Assembly (NCBI GenBank): GCA_040756795.1
Contig: JBFLYF010000001.1
Location: 1 to 58,893 of the forward strand
Direction: 5' to 3'
DNA: 58,893 nucleotides
From: Pseudomonadota bacterium
GTDB taxonomy: Bacteria; Pseudomonadota; Gammaproteobacteria; Burkholderiales; SG8-39
Shown: piece after piece, positions 45,531 to 54,331 of the stretch
How the letters are laid out: each line of letters begins with the position of its first letter
Position numbering within the stretch: the stretch's first letter is position 1
The notes under the pieces: generated by a model
Told to the model about the DNA's origin: nothing
What the model saw: only the letters and a program-made list of their open reading frames with translations
Database searches by the model: none
Position numbers and translations under genes: made by a program

Positions 45531-46951
45531 CCTTTCAGCTGCAGCGACTTGTATTCGAGGAATTCCTCGAGCCCGTACACGCCGGCCTCGCGCCCGTGGC
45601 CGGACTGCTTGAAGCCGCCGAAGGGCGCGTTCATGTTGAAGGCGCCGCCGTTCACGTCCACCTGCCCGGCGCGGATGCGGCGCGCGACCGCCTGCGCGTG
45701 CTGCTCGTCCTTGCCCCAGACCGCGCCGGCGAGCCCGTAGGGAGAGTCGTTGGCGATGCGGATCGCTTCCTCCTCGTCCTTGTACGGGATGATCGAGAGC
45801 ACCGGCCCGAAGATCTCCTCCTGCGCGATGGTCATCGAGTTCTTCACCTTGCCAAACACCGTGGGCTTTACGAAATAGCCGCCTGGCAAACCTTCCGGCT
45901 GCTCGGCGCCGCCGGTAAGGAGGTCCGCGCCTTCCTCGACGCCTTTCTTGATGTAGCCGCGCACGCGCTCGAGCTGCATCCGCGAGGAGAGCGGTCCGAG
46001 GCGCGTCGCTTCGGACATCGGATCGCCCAGGGTGAAGCCCTTGGCGGCTTCCACGGCGATCCTGGAAGCCTCCTGATAGAGGGATTCCGGAACCAGCATC
46101 CTCGTCAGCGCGGTGCAGGTCTGGCCGGAGTTGAGGTAGCAGCCGCTCACCGTGCCCTTGACTGCGGCGGCGAGGTCGGCATCCTCGAGGATCACCGAGG
46201 CGGACTTGCCGCCCAGTTCCAGCGCGACGCGCTTCACCGTCTGCGCGGCGAGCTCCGAGATGCGCTTGCCGGCGCGCGTGGAGCCGGTGAACGAGATCAT
46301 GTCGACCTGCGGGTGCTTCACCAGCGCCTCGCCGGCAGCGGGCCCGAAGCCGGTGACGAGGTTGAAGACGCCCTTCGGCAGCCCCGCGGCCTCGATCACC
46401 TCGGCGAGGATGAAGGCGTTGAACGGCGCGATCTCCGAGGGCTTGAGCACCACCGTGCAGCCGGCGGCGAGCGCCGGCGCCACCTTGAGCGCGATCTGGT
46501 GCAGCGGATAGTTCCACGGAGTGATGGCCCCGACGACCCCTACCGGCTCTCTGACCACGAGAGAATTTCCCGTCCTGGATTCGAAGGAGAAAGAAGAAAG
46601 AATCCTCGAGTAGTTCGCGAAGTTCGCGATCGGCAGCCCCGCCTGGATGCGTCCCGCCAGCTTGATCGGCATGCCCACTTCCTGGGCGATGATCGAAGCG
46701 AGCTCGGCAGCGCGGGCCTTGAGGCCGTCGGAGATCTTCTGCAACAGCTCGGCGCGTTTCGCCGCCGGGGTCGCGCTCCAGGCCTCGAACGCGCCGCGCG
46801 CGGCGGCCACCGCTGCGGCGATGTCCTTCTCGCCGCCCGCCGGCACGCTGCCCATCACCTGGCCGGTGCCCGCGTTGTGGACCTCGATCGTTTCCTTCGA
46901 GGAGGGGGAGACCCACTGGCCGCCGATGAAAAATTTGTCGCGCTGAATCAT
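45527..46951 (-). CDS. NAD(P)-dependent aldehyde dehydrogenase
   Basis: [20 protein letters not shown], and catalytic Cys region GQTCTA. Confidence 0.92.
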   Translation of the reverse strand: MIQRDKFFIGGQWVSPSSKETIEVHNAGTGQVMGSVPAGGEKDIAAAVAAARGAFEAWSATPAAKRAELLQKISDGLKARAAELASIIAQEVGMPIKLAGRIQAGLPIANFANYSRILSSFSFESRTGNSLVVREPVGVVGAITPWNYPLHQIALKVAPALAAGCTVVLKPSEIAPFNAFILAEVIEAAGLPKGVFNLVTGFGPAAGEALVKHPQVDMISFTGSTRAGKRISELAAQTVKRVALELGGKSASVILEDADLAAAVKGTVSGCYLNSGQTCTALTRMLVPESLYQEASRIAVEAAKGFTLGDPMSEATRLGPLSSRMQLERVRGYIKKGVEEGADLLTGGAEQPEGLPGGYFVKPTVFGKVKNSMTIAQEEIFGPVLSIIPYKDEEEAIRIANDSPYGLAGAVWGKDEQHAQAVARRIRAGQVDVNGGAFNMNAPFGGFKQSGHGREAGVYGLEEFLEYKSLQLKG

Positions 46952-47002
46952 GGAGTTGGTCCTGGAGGGGGAAGCGAAGCCCCGCTACTTTAGCAAATGC
47001 GC

Positions 47003-47040
47003 TTGACACCCGACAGACTACATGTTTAATCTTGTCGACA
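47003..47040 (+). promoter_or_regulatory. Candidate promoter and ArsR-type operator
   Basis: TTGACA (47003-47008), 16-nt spacer, TTTAAT (47025-47030). Inverted repeat CGACA(47011-15)/TGTCG(47033-37) and 8-bp palindrome TGTCGACA (47033-47040). Confidence 0.4.
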
Positions 47041-47086
47041 TATGCACAAAAATTACCTGCGCTCGATCCCGAAGGAGTGGCGCGCC

Positions 47087-47353
47087 ATGGCGAAGGTGCT
47101 GACGGCGCTCGGCGACGAGCACCGCCAGAGGATCATGCTCACCTTCGAGAGGGGCGAGCGGCTCACCGTGGGGCAGATCGCCGCAGTCTCGACGCTCTCG
47201 CGCCCCGCGGTCTCGCACCATCTCAAGATCCTGCGCGCCGCCGGCGTGCTCGAGGCCGAGAAGATCGGCAAGGAAGTCTACCTGCGCGTCAACAAGGCCC
47301 TGCTCGAGGAGTCCCTGGCCAACGTCCTCGGCTACGTGCGCGAGAACGCATGA
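47087..47353 (+). CDS. ArsR/SmtB family transcriptional regulator (no Cys, no obvious metal site)
   Basis: wHTH LTVGQIAAVSTLSRPAVSHHLKILRAAGVL. The ATG at 47087 follows GAAGGAG. An alternative SD-less ATG lies at 47042. Confidence 0.8.
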   Translation: MAKVLTALGDEHRQRIMLTFERGERLTVGQIAAVSTLSRPAVSHHLKILRAAGVLEAEKIGKEVYLRVNKALLEESLANVLGYVRENA

Positions 47354-49191
47354 GCGAGAAAAGCCAGTTCGGGCTGCTGACCGAGCGGCGCTTCGGGCCG
47401 TTCTTCGGCGTGCAGTTCCTCGGCGCCATGAACGACAACGTGTTCAAGCAGGCGCTCGTGATCCTGCTCGCCTACCAGACCGCGAGCTTCACCACGATGT
47501 CCTCCGACACGCTGCAGAACGTGGCGCAGGCGCTGTTCGTGCTGCCGTTTTTCCTCTTCTCGGCGACCGCGGGGCAGCTCGCGGACAAGTACGAGAAGTC
47601 GGCGCTGATCACGATCACGGTGGCGATCGAGCTGGGCTGCATGGCGCTCGGCGCGATCGGGCTGCTGACGCGCAACATCGAGCTGCTGCTGCTCGCGCTG
47701 TTCCTCGGCGGCGTGCAATCGACCCTCTTCGGGCCGGTGAAGTACGCGATCCTCCCGCAGCACCTGAAGGACACCGAGATCGTAGGCGGCAACGGCCTGG
47801 TGGAGATGGGCACCTCGATCGCGATCCTCGCCGGCATGATCTACGGCGGCTGGATGGTGACTCAAGCCGGCTGGGGCATCTGGGGCGTCGCCGTCTCCGC
47901 GATGGCGTTCTCCGCCGCCGGGATCGCGCTGTCGCGCCTCATCCCGAACTCGCCCGCGGCCGATCCCGCGCTCAAGGTGAACTGGAACCCGATCACCGAG
48001 ACCTGGCGCAACCTCGATTTCGCGCGCCGCAACCGCACCGTGTTCCTCTCGATCCTGGGCGTGTCGTGGTTCTGGTTCTACGGCTCGATGTTCGTAACGC
48101 AGTTCCCGAACCTGGCGAAGAACGTGCTGCAATCGGGCGAGCTGATGGTGACGCAGCTGCTGGTCGTGTTCTCGATCGGCATCGGCGCAGGGTCGCTGCT
48201 CTGCGAGCGCCTCTCCGGGCACAAGGTGGAGATCGGCCTCGTGCCCTTCGGCTCGATCGGCCTGACGCTCTTCGGCATCGATCTCTGGCTCGCGACCTCG
48301 GCCGCGGACCTGACGCGCACCTTCATCGACCTGTTCGTCATCGGCCTGTTCGGCGGCTTCTACATCGTGCCGCTGTACGCGCTCATCCAGACGCGCAGCG
48401 AGCCGAGCCATCGCTCGCGCGTCATCGCGGGCAACAACATCCTCAACGCCGTGTTCATGGTGGCGGCCGCGGCGCTCGCGATCGGGCTCTTCCAGGCGGG
48501 CCTCACCATCCCGCAGCTCTTCCTCGTCACCGCGCTGATGAACGCGGCGGTGGCGGTCTTCATCTACACGCTGGTGCCCGAGTTCCTGATGAGGTTCCTG
48601 GTCTGGATGCTGATCCATTCGGTCTACCGGCTGCAGAAATCCGGCCTGGAGCGCATCCCCGAGGAAGGCGCCGCGCTGATCGTCTGCAACCACGTCAGCT
48701 TCGTCGACGCGCTCGTCATCGCCGCGGCCTGCCGCCGGCCGATCCGCTTCGTCATGGACCACCGCATCTTCAGGCTGCCGGTGCTCTCGTTCGTCTTCCG
48801 CACCGGGCGCGCGATCCCGATCGCATCCGCTAAAGAGGACCCGGCGATGATGGAGCGCGCCTTCACCGAGGTCGCGAGCGCGCTGCGCGGCGGCGACCTG
48901 GTGGCGATCTTCCCGGAAGGCCGCATCACCGACACGGGCGAGCTTTACCCCTTCCGGCCCGGCGTCAAGCGCATCCTCGAGGCGACGCCGGTGCCGGTGG
49001 TGCCGCTCGCGCTGCGCGGCCTGTGGGGCTCGTTCTTCTCGAGGAAGGGCGGCGCGGCGATGACCAAGCCCTGGCGCTTCGTGCCGTTCAGAAAGATCGC
49101 GCTCGCCGCGGGCGAGCTCGTGCCGCCGCACGCGGCCACGCCCGAGGCGCTGCAGGCGAGCGTGCTCGCCCTGCGGGGCGACTGGAGATAG
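47350..49191 (+). CDS. MFS lysophospholipid-transporter (LplT-like) fused to a PlsC-type acyltransferase
   Basis: N-terminal 12-TM MFS (RRFGPFFGVQFLGAMNDNVFK). C-terminal acyltransferase with the HX4D motif CNHVSFVDAL and FPEGR. ATGA overlap with arsR. Confidence 0.85.
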   Translation: MSEKSQFGLLTERRFGPFFGVQFLGAMNDNVFKQALVILLAYQTASFTTMSSDTLQNVAQALFVLPFFLFSATAGQLADKYEKSALITITVAIELGCMALGAIGLLTRNIELLLLALFLGGVQSTLFGPVKYAILPQHLKDTEIVGGNGLVEMGTSIAILAGMIYGGWMVTQAGWGIWGVAVSAMAFSAAGIALSRLIPNSPAADPALKVNWNPITETWRNLDFARRNRTVFLSILGVSWFWFYGSMFVTQFPNLAKNVLQSGELMVTQLLVVFSIGIGAGSLLCERLSGHKVEIGLVPFGSIGLTLFGIDLWLATSAADLTRTFIDLFVIGLFGGFYIVPLYALIQTRSEPSHRSRVIAGNNILNAVFMVAAAALAIGLFQAGLTIPQLFLVTALMNAAVAVFIYTLVPEFLMRFLVWMLIHSVYRLQKSGLERIPEEGAALIVCNHVSFVDALVIAAACRRPIRFVMDHRIFRLPVLSFVFRTGRAIPIASAKEDPAMMERAFTEVASALRGGDLVAIFPEGRITDTGELYPFRPGVKRILEATPVPVVPLALRGLWGSFFSRKGGAAMTKPWRFVPFRKIALAAGELVPPHAATPEALQASVLALRGDWR

Positions 49192-49200
49192 GAGACCGAC

Positions 49201-50172
49201 ATGGCAAATCCTCGCGACGAAATCCTCGACTGGGCCGAGCAGGGGCGGATTGCGCCGCAGGACGTGCGCCGCGCGCTCGAGGCGGGAGCGGCGCTGCCGG
49301 GCGCGGCCGAGTGGCGCCGCTTCCTCGATCGCCTGCTCGCCTTCATGGGGGTGACGCTGCTCGCCGCGGGCGTGATTTTCTTTTTCGCCTTCAACTGGAA
49401 CGAGCTCGGCCGCTTCGCCAGGTTCGCCCTCATCGAGGCGCCGATCCTCGCCGCGCTCGCGCTCCTCTGGCGCCTGGGGCTGGAGGGTATTGCCGGGAAG
49501 GCGACGCTGCTGCTCGCGGCGCTGCTCACCGGCGCGCTGCTCGCGCTCGTGGGGCAGACCTACCAGACCGGCGCCGACACCTGGGAGCTGTTCGCCGCCT
49601 GGGGCGCGGCGATCCTGCCCTGGGCGCTGGTGGCGCGCTTCCCGGCGCTCTGGATCCTGTGGCTCGCGCTCGCGAATCTCGCGCTCGCGCTCTACTACGT
49701 GACGTTCGGGCTGCTGTGGGGAATGCTGTTCGCGCCCCAGAAGCTGGTCTGGCTGCTGTTCGCGCTGGATACCGCGGCGCTCGTTCTCTGGGAAGGGCTC
49801 GCCGCGGCGGGCGTCGCATGGCTGCGCGAGCGCCGGTCGCTGCGCATCCTCGCCACCGCGAGCGGGGTCGCCGCCACCACGCTCGCGATGTTCGATGTGC
49901 TCGGCTGGCGCGACTCCGGGGGGTGGGGCGCGCTCGCCTGGCTCGCCTGGGTGGCCGCCGCCTACGCCGCATACCGCCGGCGCATCCGGGACCTGTACGT
50001 GCTCGCCGGCGGCGTGCTCTCGATCGTGGTCGTGGTCACCACTCTGCTCGCCAAGCAGCTGAGGATGCACGACGCCGGCGCGTTCCTTTTCATCGGGCTG
50101 GTCGTGATCGGGCTCTCGGCTGCGGGGGGCTGGTGGCTGAGGAGCATCGCCAACGAGGAGGACAAGACATGA
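49201..50172 (+). CDS. Polytopic membrane protein, DUF2157-like
   Basis: Soluble N-terminus (ANPRDEILDWAEQGRI...) followed by about 9 hydrophobic segments. Family assignment is from memory of the DUF2157/DUF4401/GDYXXLXY triad. Confidence 0.65.
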   Translation: MANPRDEILDWAEQGRIAPQDVRRALEAGAALPGAAEWRRFLDRLLAFMGVTLLAAGVIFFFAFNWNELGRFARFALIEAPILAALALLWRLGLEGIAGKATLLLAALLTGALLALVGQTYQTGADTWELFAAWGAAILPWALVARFPALWILWLALANLALALYYVTFGLLWGMLFAPQKLVWLLFALDTAALVLWEGLAAAGVAWLRERRSLRILATASGVAATTLAMFDVLGWRDSGGWGALAWLAWVAAAYAAYRRRIRDLYVLAGGVLSIVVVVTTLLAKQLRMHDAGAFLFIGLVVIGLSAAGGWWLRSIANEEDKT

Positions 50173-51251
50173 CGAGCGTGACGCGAAGCGACCTGTGGGC
50201 CCGCCTGAGCGAGGCGGGGCTCGTGCAGGGCGAAATGCCGGCGCACGGGGAGGCGAAATCGCCCTGGTTCGTGCGCATCATGCTCGGCTTCGCCGGCTGG
50301 CTCGGCGCGCTTTTCCTGCTCGGCTTCGTAGGCGCGGCTTTCGCCTTCGTCTGGAAGAGCGCCGCAGCCTCGCTCGCGGTAGGCGCGGGCGCCTGCGCCG
50401 CGGCGGTCGTGATCTTCCGCGCCGCGCCGAGGAGCGACTTCGTGGCCCAGTTCGGCCTGGCGGTCAGCCTCGCCGGGCAGGCGCTGCTCGTCTTCGGCCT
50501 TTCGAAGTGGTTCGGGCGCTCGCTGCAGAGCGCGGCGCTCGTCTTCGCGATCCAGGAGGCGGTGCTGTTTTTCTTAGTGCCCAACACCCTGCACCGCGTG
50601 CTCTGCGCCTGGTGGGGCGCGCTCGCGCTCGCCTGGGTGATGATCGATGCGGGCTTCTACGCGTTCGCGCCGGCGGTGGTGACCGCGGGGTTCCTCTGGG
50701 TGTGGCTCGCCGAGTTCGACTTCGGCCGCCATGCGGCGATGGCGCGCGCCGGCGGCTACGGGCTCGCGCTCGCCTCCGTCCAGGCCGCGGTGATGCACGG
50801 CTCGCTCTGGTGGACCTGGATGCAGAGCATCGGACACCGGCAGGCGGCATACGGGCCTGCGATCGAGTGGCTCGGGCACGCGGCTTCCGCCGCGGTGCTG
50901 CTCTGGGCGGTGATCCGGCTGCTTTCGCGCGAGGGGCTCGCGCTCGGCTCCGGACAGGGCCGCATCGGGCTCGCGGGCGCGCTCATCCTCGGCGCGGCCT
51001 CGCTCAAGGCGCCCGGCGTGGGGCCCGCGGCGGCGATCCTCGTCGTCGGCTACGCCAACGGCAACCGCGTGCTCGCGGGCCTGGGCGTTGCCGCACTGCT
51101 CGGGTACCTGTCGCACTACTACTACTCGCTGCAGGCGACGCTGCTCGAGAAATCGGCGATCCTCGCCGCCACGGGGCTCGCGCTGCTCGCGGCGCGCCTC
51201 GTGCTCCACCGCTGGTGGCCCGAACAAGAGACGGAGGCGACCCATGCGTAA
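50169..51251 (+). CDS. Polytopic membrane protein, DUF4401-like
   Basis: MTSVTRSDLWARLSEAGLVQGEMP... followed by about 10 hydrophobic segments. ATGA overlap with the upstream gene. Confidence 0.65.
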   Translation: MTSVTRSDLWARLSEAGLVQGEMPAHGEAKSPWFVRIMLGFAGWLGALFLLGFVGAAFAFVWKSAAASLAVGAGACAAAVVIFRAAPRSDFVAQFGLAVSLAGQALLVFGLSKWFGRSLQSAALVFAIQEAVLFFLVPNTLHRVLCAWWGALALAWVMIDAGFYAFAPAVVTAGFLWVWLAEFDFGRHAAMARAGGYGLALASVQAAVMHGSLWWTWMQSIGHRQAAYGPAIEWLGHAASAAVLLWAVIRLLSREGLALGSGQGRIGLAGALILGAASLKAPGVGPAAAILVVGYANGNRVLAGLGVAALLGYLSHYYYSLQATLLEKSAILAATGLALLAARLVLHRWWPEQETEATHA

Positions 51252-51741
51252 GACGATCGCAATCCTGGCGGGCGTGCTGATGCTCGCCGCGGTGAACTGG
51301 GGAATCCTCGGGCGCGAGCGGCTGCTGGAAGACGGCAGGGTGGTGCTGCTCGAGCTCGCGCCGCTCGACCCGCGCTCGCTCATGCAGGGCGACTACATGG
51401 CGCTGCGCTTCAAGGTGGCCGACGAGGCCTTCGGCCGCTTCGGCAGGCGGAAGGAAGCGGCCGACGGGCGCGTGGTGGTGAAGCTCGGCGAGCGCGGCGT
51501 CGGTAGCTACGTGCGGCTCGACGCCGGAGAGTCGCTCGCCCCAGGCGAGATCGTCCTGCGCTACAGGATCCGGGAAGGCAGGCTCAAGTTCGCCACCAAC
51601 GCGTTCTTCTTCCAGGAAGGCACAGCGAAGCTGTACGAGCGCGCGCGCTACGGCGAGTTCCGCGTCGCGCCCGACGGCGAGATGCTGCTCACGCACTTGA
51701 TCGGCGATAAATTCGAAAGGCTCGGCCCGCCGCGGCGCTGA
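51244..51741 (+). CDS. GDYXXLXY-domain protein (membrane-anchored)
   Basis: N-terminal anchor MRKTIAILAGVLMLAAV, motif LMQGDYMALRF. 8-nt overlap with the upstream gene. Confidence 0.75.
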   Translation: MRKTIAILAGVLMLAAVNWGILGRERLLEDGRVVLLELAPLDPRSLMQGDYMALRFKVADEAFGRFGRRKEAADGRVVVKLGERGVGSYVRLDAGESLAPGEIVLRYRIREGRLKFATNAFFFQEGTAKLYERARYGEFRVAPDGEMLLTHLIGDKFERLGPPRR

Positions 51742-51785
51742 GCCGCTATACTCGGCCGCATTCCGGGACCGGACAGGAGAGCGCG

Positions 51786-52892
51786 ATGCAGCGCACGGGC
51801 AAGGCGGCGATCTGCCGCGAGCTGAACAAGCCGGTGGTGGTCGAAACGATCGGCGTCGACGGTCCGAAGCGCGGCGAGGTGACGCTCAGGATCGCCGCCT
51901 GCGGCGTGTGCCATTCGGACCTTTCCGCGACCAACGGCACGATCGCGCTGCCGCCGCCGCTGGTGCTCGGGCACGAGGGCGCCGGCGAGGTGGTCGAGGT
52001 GGGCGAGGGTGTCTCGGGGCTCGCCGTGGGCGATCACGTCGTCACCTCGTTCATCTACATGTGCGGCAAGTGCCGCTTCTGCGCCACGGGCCGGCCCGTG
52101 CTTTGCGTAGAGCAGGGCAAGGCGCTCACCACGCCGCCCGAGGGCACGCCGCGCGTCAAGGACGCCTCCGGCAAGCCGCTCAACATCTTCTCGGGCTGCG
52201 GCGTGATGGCCGAGTACGCGACCGTTTCGGTCGACAACGTGGTGAAAATCGACCCGAAGATCCCGCTCGACCGGGCCGCGCTCGTCGGCTGCGCGGTCAC
52301 CACCGGCGTGGGCGCGGTCTTCAACACCGCGAAAGTGGAGCCCGGCTCGAGCGTCGCGGTGTTCGGCTGCGGCGGCGTGGGCCTCAACGTGATCCAGGGC
52401 GCGGCGATCGCGGGCGCCGAGCGCATCCTCGCCATCGACACCGTGGAGGCGAAGCTCGAGACGGCGAAGAAGTTCGGCGCCACCGATGTCATGCTCATCA
52501 AGCCGGGCCAGGACCCGACCAAGGACATCAAGAAGCTCACCGGCGGCGGGCCGGACTACGCCTTCGAGTGCGTAGGCGTGGGCGCGCTCGCCGAAGCCGC
52601 CTACAAGGCGATCCGGCGCGGCGGCAAGGCAGTGATCGTGGGCGTCGCGCGCCCGACCGACTCGGCCTCGCTCAGGCCCATGGGCATGGTGTTCGAGGAG
52701 AAGTCGATCCAGGGGAGCTATTTCGGCTCCTCGGTGCCGCGCGTCGACTTCCCGCGCATGCTGCACCTGTACATGGCGGGAAAGCTCAAGCTAGACGAAT
52801 TAATTACGAAGCGCTACAAGATCGAAGAGGCGCCGCAGGCGTTCGCCGACCTGGAGGCCGGCAAGAACGCGCGTGGCGTGATTATTTTCTAG
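51786..52892 (+). CDS. Zinc-dependent alcohol dehydrogenase (MDR)
   Basis: CGVCHSDL, GHEGAGEVVEVG, structural-Zn Cys cluster CGKCRFCATGRPVLC, GCGGVGLN. Confidence 0.9.
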   Translation: MQRTGKAAICRELNKPVVVETIGVDGPKRGEVTLRIAACGVCHSDLSATNGTIALPPPLVLGHEGAGEVVEVGEGVSGLAVGDHVVTSFIYMCGKCRFCATGRPVLCVEQGKALTTPPEGTPRVKDASGKPLNIFSGCGVMAEYATVSVDNVVKIDPKIPLDRAALVGCAVTTGVGAVFNTAKVEPGSSVAVFGCGGVGLNVIQGAAIAGAERILAIDTVEAKLETAKKFGATDVMLIKPGQDPTKDIKKLTGGGPDYAFECVGVGALAEAAYKAIRRGGKAVIVGVARPTDSASLRPMGMVFEEKSIQGSYFGSSVPRVDFPRMLHLYMAGKLKLDELITKRYKIEEAPQAFADLEAGKNARGVIIF

Positions 52893-54051
52893 CCAATCGT
52901 TTCTCCACGAGGCGGGCGAAAAAACTCGCGCCGTAGGGCAGGGCCTTGTCGTTGAAGTCGTACGAAGGGTTGTGCACTTCGCAGGCACCTTCCCCATCCC
53001 CGTTGCCGATGTTGATGTAGCAGCCGCGCACCTCGTTCAGCATGTAGGCGAAATCTTCCGAGGCCATGATGAGCGCCGGGTCGCGCTTGACGTTGTCTGC
53101 GCCGACCACGTCGGCGCAGACGCCCGCGGCGTAATCCGCTTCTTTCGCGTCGTTGATGGTGGGCGGGAAGATGACGCGGAAATCGGTCTTCGCGCTCGCG
53201 CCGAAGCCCGCCGCCACGCCCTCGGCCACGCGCGCGAGGTTTCTGCCGATGAGCTGCATCACGTCGTTGGAGAAGGCGCGCACCGTGCCCGAGAGCCGCG
53301 CGCCCTGCGGAATCACGTTGTAGGCATTGCCGCCGTGGATCTGCGTCACCGAGAGCACTGCCGTGTCCACCGGGCGGACGTTGCGCGCGACGATGCTTTG
53401 CAGCGCCGCGGTAACGTGCGCGGCGACCAGCACCGGATCGATCCCGGCCTCGGGCCGCGCGCCGTGCGCGCCGCGCCCTTCGATGTCGATGTCGAAGAAG
53501 GCGCCGCCCGCCATCATCGGCCCGGCGCGCACCGCGAACCTGCCGAGCGGCATGCCGGGGCGGTTGTGCATGCCGAAGATCGCATCGCACGGGAAGCGCT
53601 TGAAGAGGCCCTCTTCGACCATCGTCTTCGCGCCGCCCAGGCCCTCCTCGGCCGGCTGGAAGATGAAATGCACCGTGCCGTCGAAGTTCTTCGTTTCGGC
53701 AAGGTACTTCGCCGCGCCGAGCAGCATCGTGGTGTGGCCGTCGTGGCCACACGCGTGCATTCGCCCATTGTTCCTTGATTTATAACTAAAAGAATTTTCT
53801 TCCTGAATCGGCAGCGCATCCATATCGGCGCGCAGCCCGAGCGTGCGCTTGGACGACCCGCAGCGCAGCACCCCGACGACACCGGTCTTGCCGATCCCCT
53901 TGTGAGCTTCCAGGCCAAAGGCTTGAAGCCTGGCAAAGACCATTTCTGCCGTCCGTTGCTCCTCGAAGCCGAGCTCCGGGTGGGCGTGGATGTCGCGCCG
54001 CCATGCGGTCATCTCGGCGGCGAGCTTCTCGATTCCGGGAACGAGGGCCAT
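52882..54051 (-). CDS. M20 family amidohydrolase (hippurate hydrolase/aminoacylase-like)
   Basis: WRRDIHAHPELGFEE, MHACGHDGH, FQPAEEG. ATG at 54051, with a GTG one codon upstream at 54054. Confidence 0.9.
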   Translation of the reverse strand: MALVPGIEKLAAEMTAWRRDIHAHPELGFEEQRTAEMVFARLQAFGLEAHKGIGKTGVVGVLRCGSSKRTLGLRADMDALPIQEENSFSYKSRNNGRMHACGHDGHTTMLLGAAKYLAETKNFDGTVHFIFQPAEEGLGGAKTMVEEGLFKRFPCDAIFGMHNRPGMPLGRFAVRAGPMMAGGAFFDIDIEGRGAHGARPEAGIDPVLVAAHVTAALQSIVARNVRPVDTAVLSVTQIHGGNAYNVIPQGARLSGTVRAFSNDVMQLIGRNLARVAEGVAAGFGASAKTDFRVIFPPTINDAKEADYAAGVCADVVGADNVKRDPALIMASEDFAYMLNEVRGCYINIGNGDGEGACEVHNPSYDFNDKALPYGASFFARLVEKRLARK

Positions 54052-54078
54052 CACCCGAGTTTAGCCGCCCGCGGCGGC

Positions 54079-54108
54079 AAAAAAAAAGCCGGCTGCGAGA
54101 GCCGGCTT
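54079..54108 (-). terminator. Rho-independent terminator closing the fadBA-small ORF transcript
   Basis: Minus strand reads AAGCCGGCT-ctcgc-AGCCGGC followed by nine T (A-run 54079-54087 on the + strand). Confidence 0.8.
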
Positions 54109-54169
54109 GGGAGTCAAGCCGGGAACTCCGCCCTAGGAGAGCGGCCGGCTTGGGAGGAGTCGGGGAGCG

Positions 54170-54331
54170 CTAGGAGGGCAGTCCGCGGCCGGGGGTCGCG
54201 AGCAGGCGCGCCATGTCCTGGACTTCGGTCTCGTCCCAGACGAGGCCCAGGTCTTCCTCGTCCCAGTCCAGCGCCTCCTGCTCGAGCGGGAAGCGGTCGC
54301 GGTCGCTGCCGTACACGTCGTCCAGAGTCAC
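54170..54331 (-). CDS. Small acidic protein (53 aa), not in the ORF track
   Basis: AAGGAGG (54338-54344), 6-nt spacer, GTG. MTLDDVYGSDRDRFPLEQEALDWDEEDLGLVWDETEVQDMARLLATPGRGLPS. GC3-rich codons, same strand as fadBA, terminator about 60 nt downstream. An in-frame ATG at 54349 would add MKRRLP. Confidence 0.55.
   Translation of the reverse strand: MTLDDVYGSDRDRFPLEQEALDWDEEDLGLVWDETEVQDMARLLATPGRGLPS

Noticed and set aside
47332-50070. 912-aa minus-strand ORF opposite the LplT fusion and the DUF2157 gene
   Set aside because: It is an antisense shadow with an extreme Arg/Glu/Pro/Gly composition. The + strand genes have clear membrane-protein and acyltransferase signatures.
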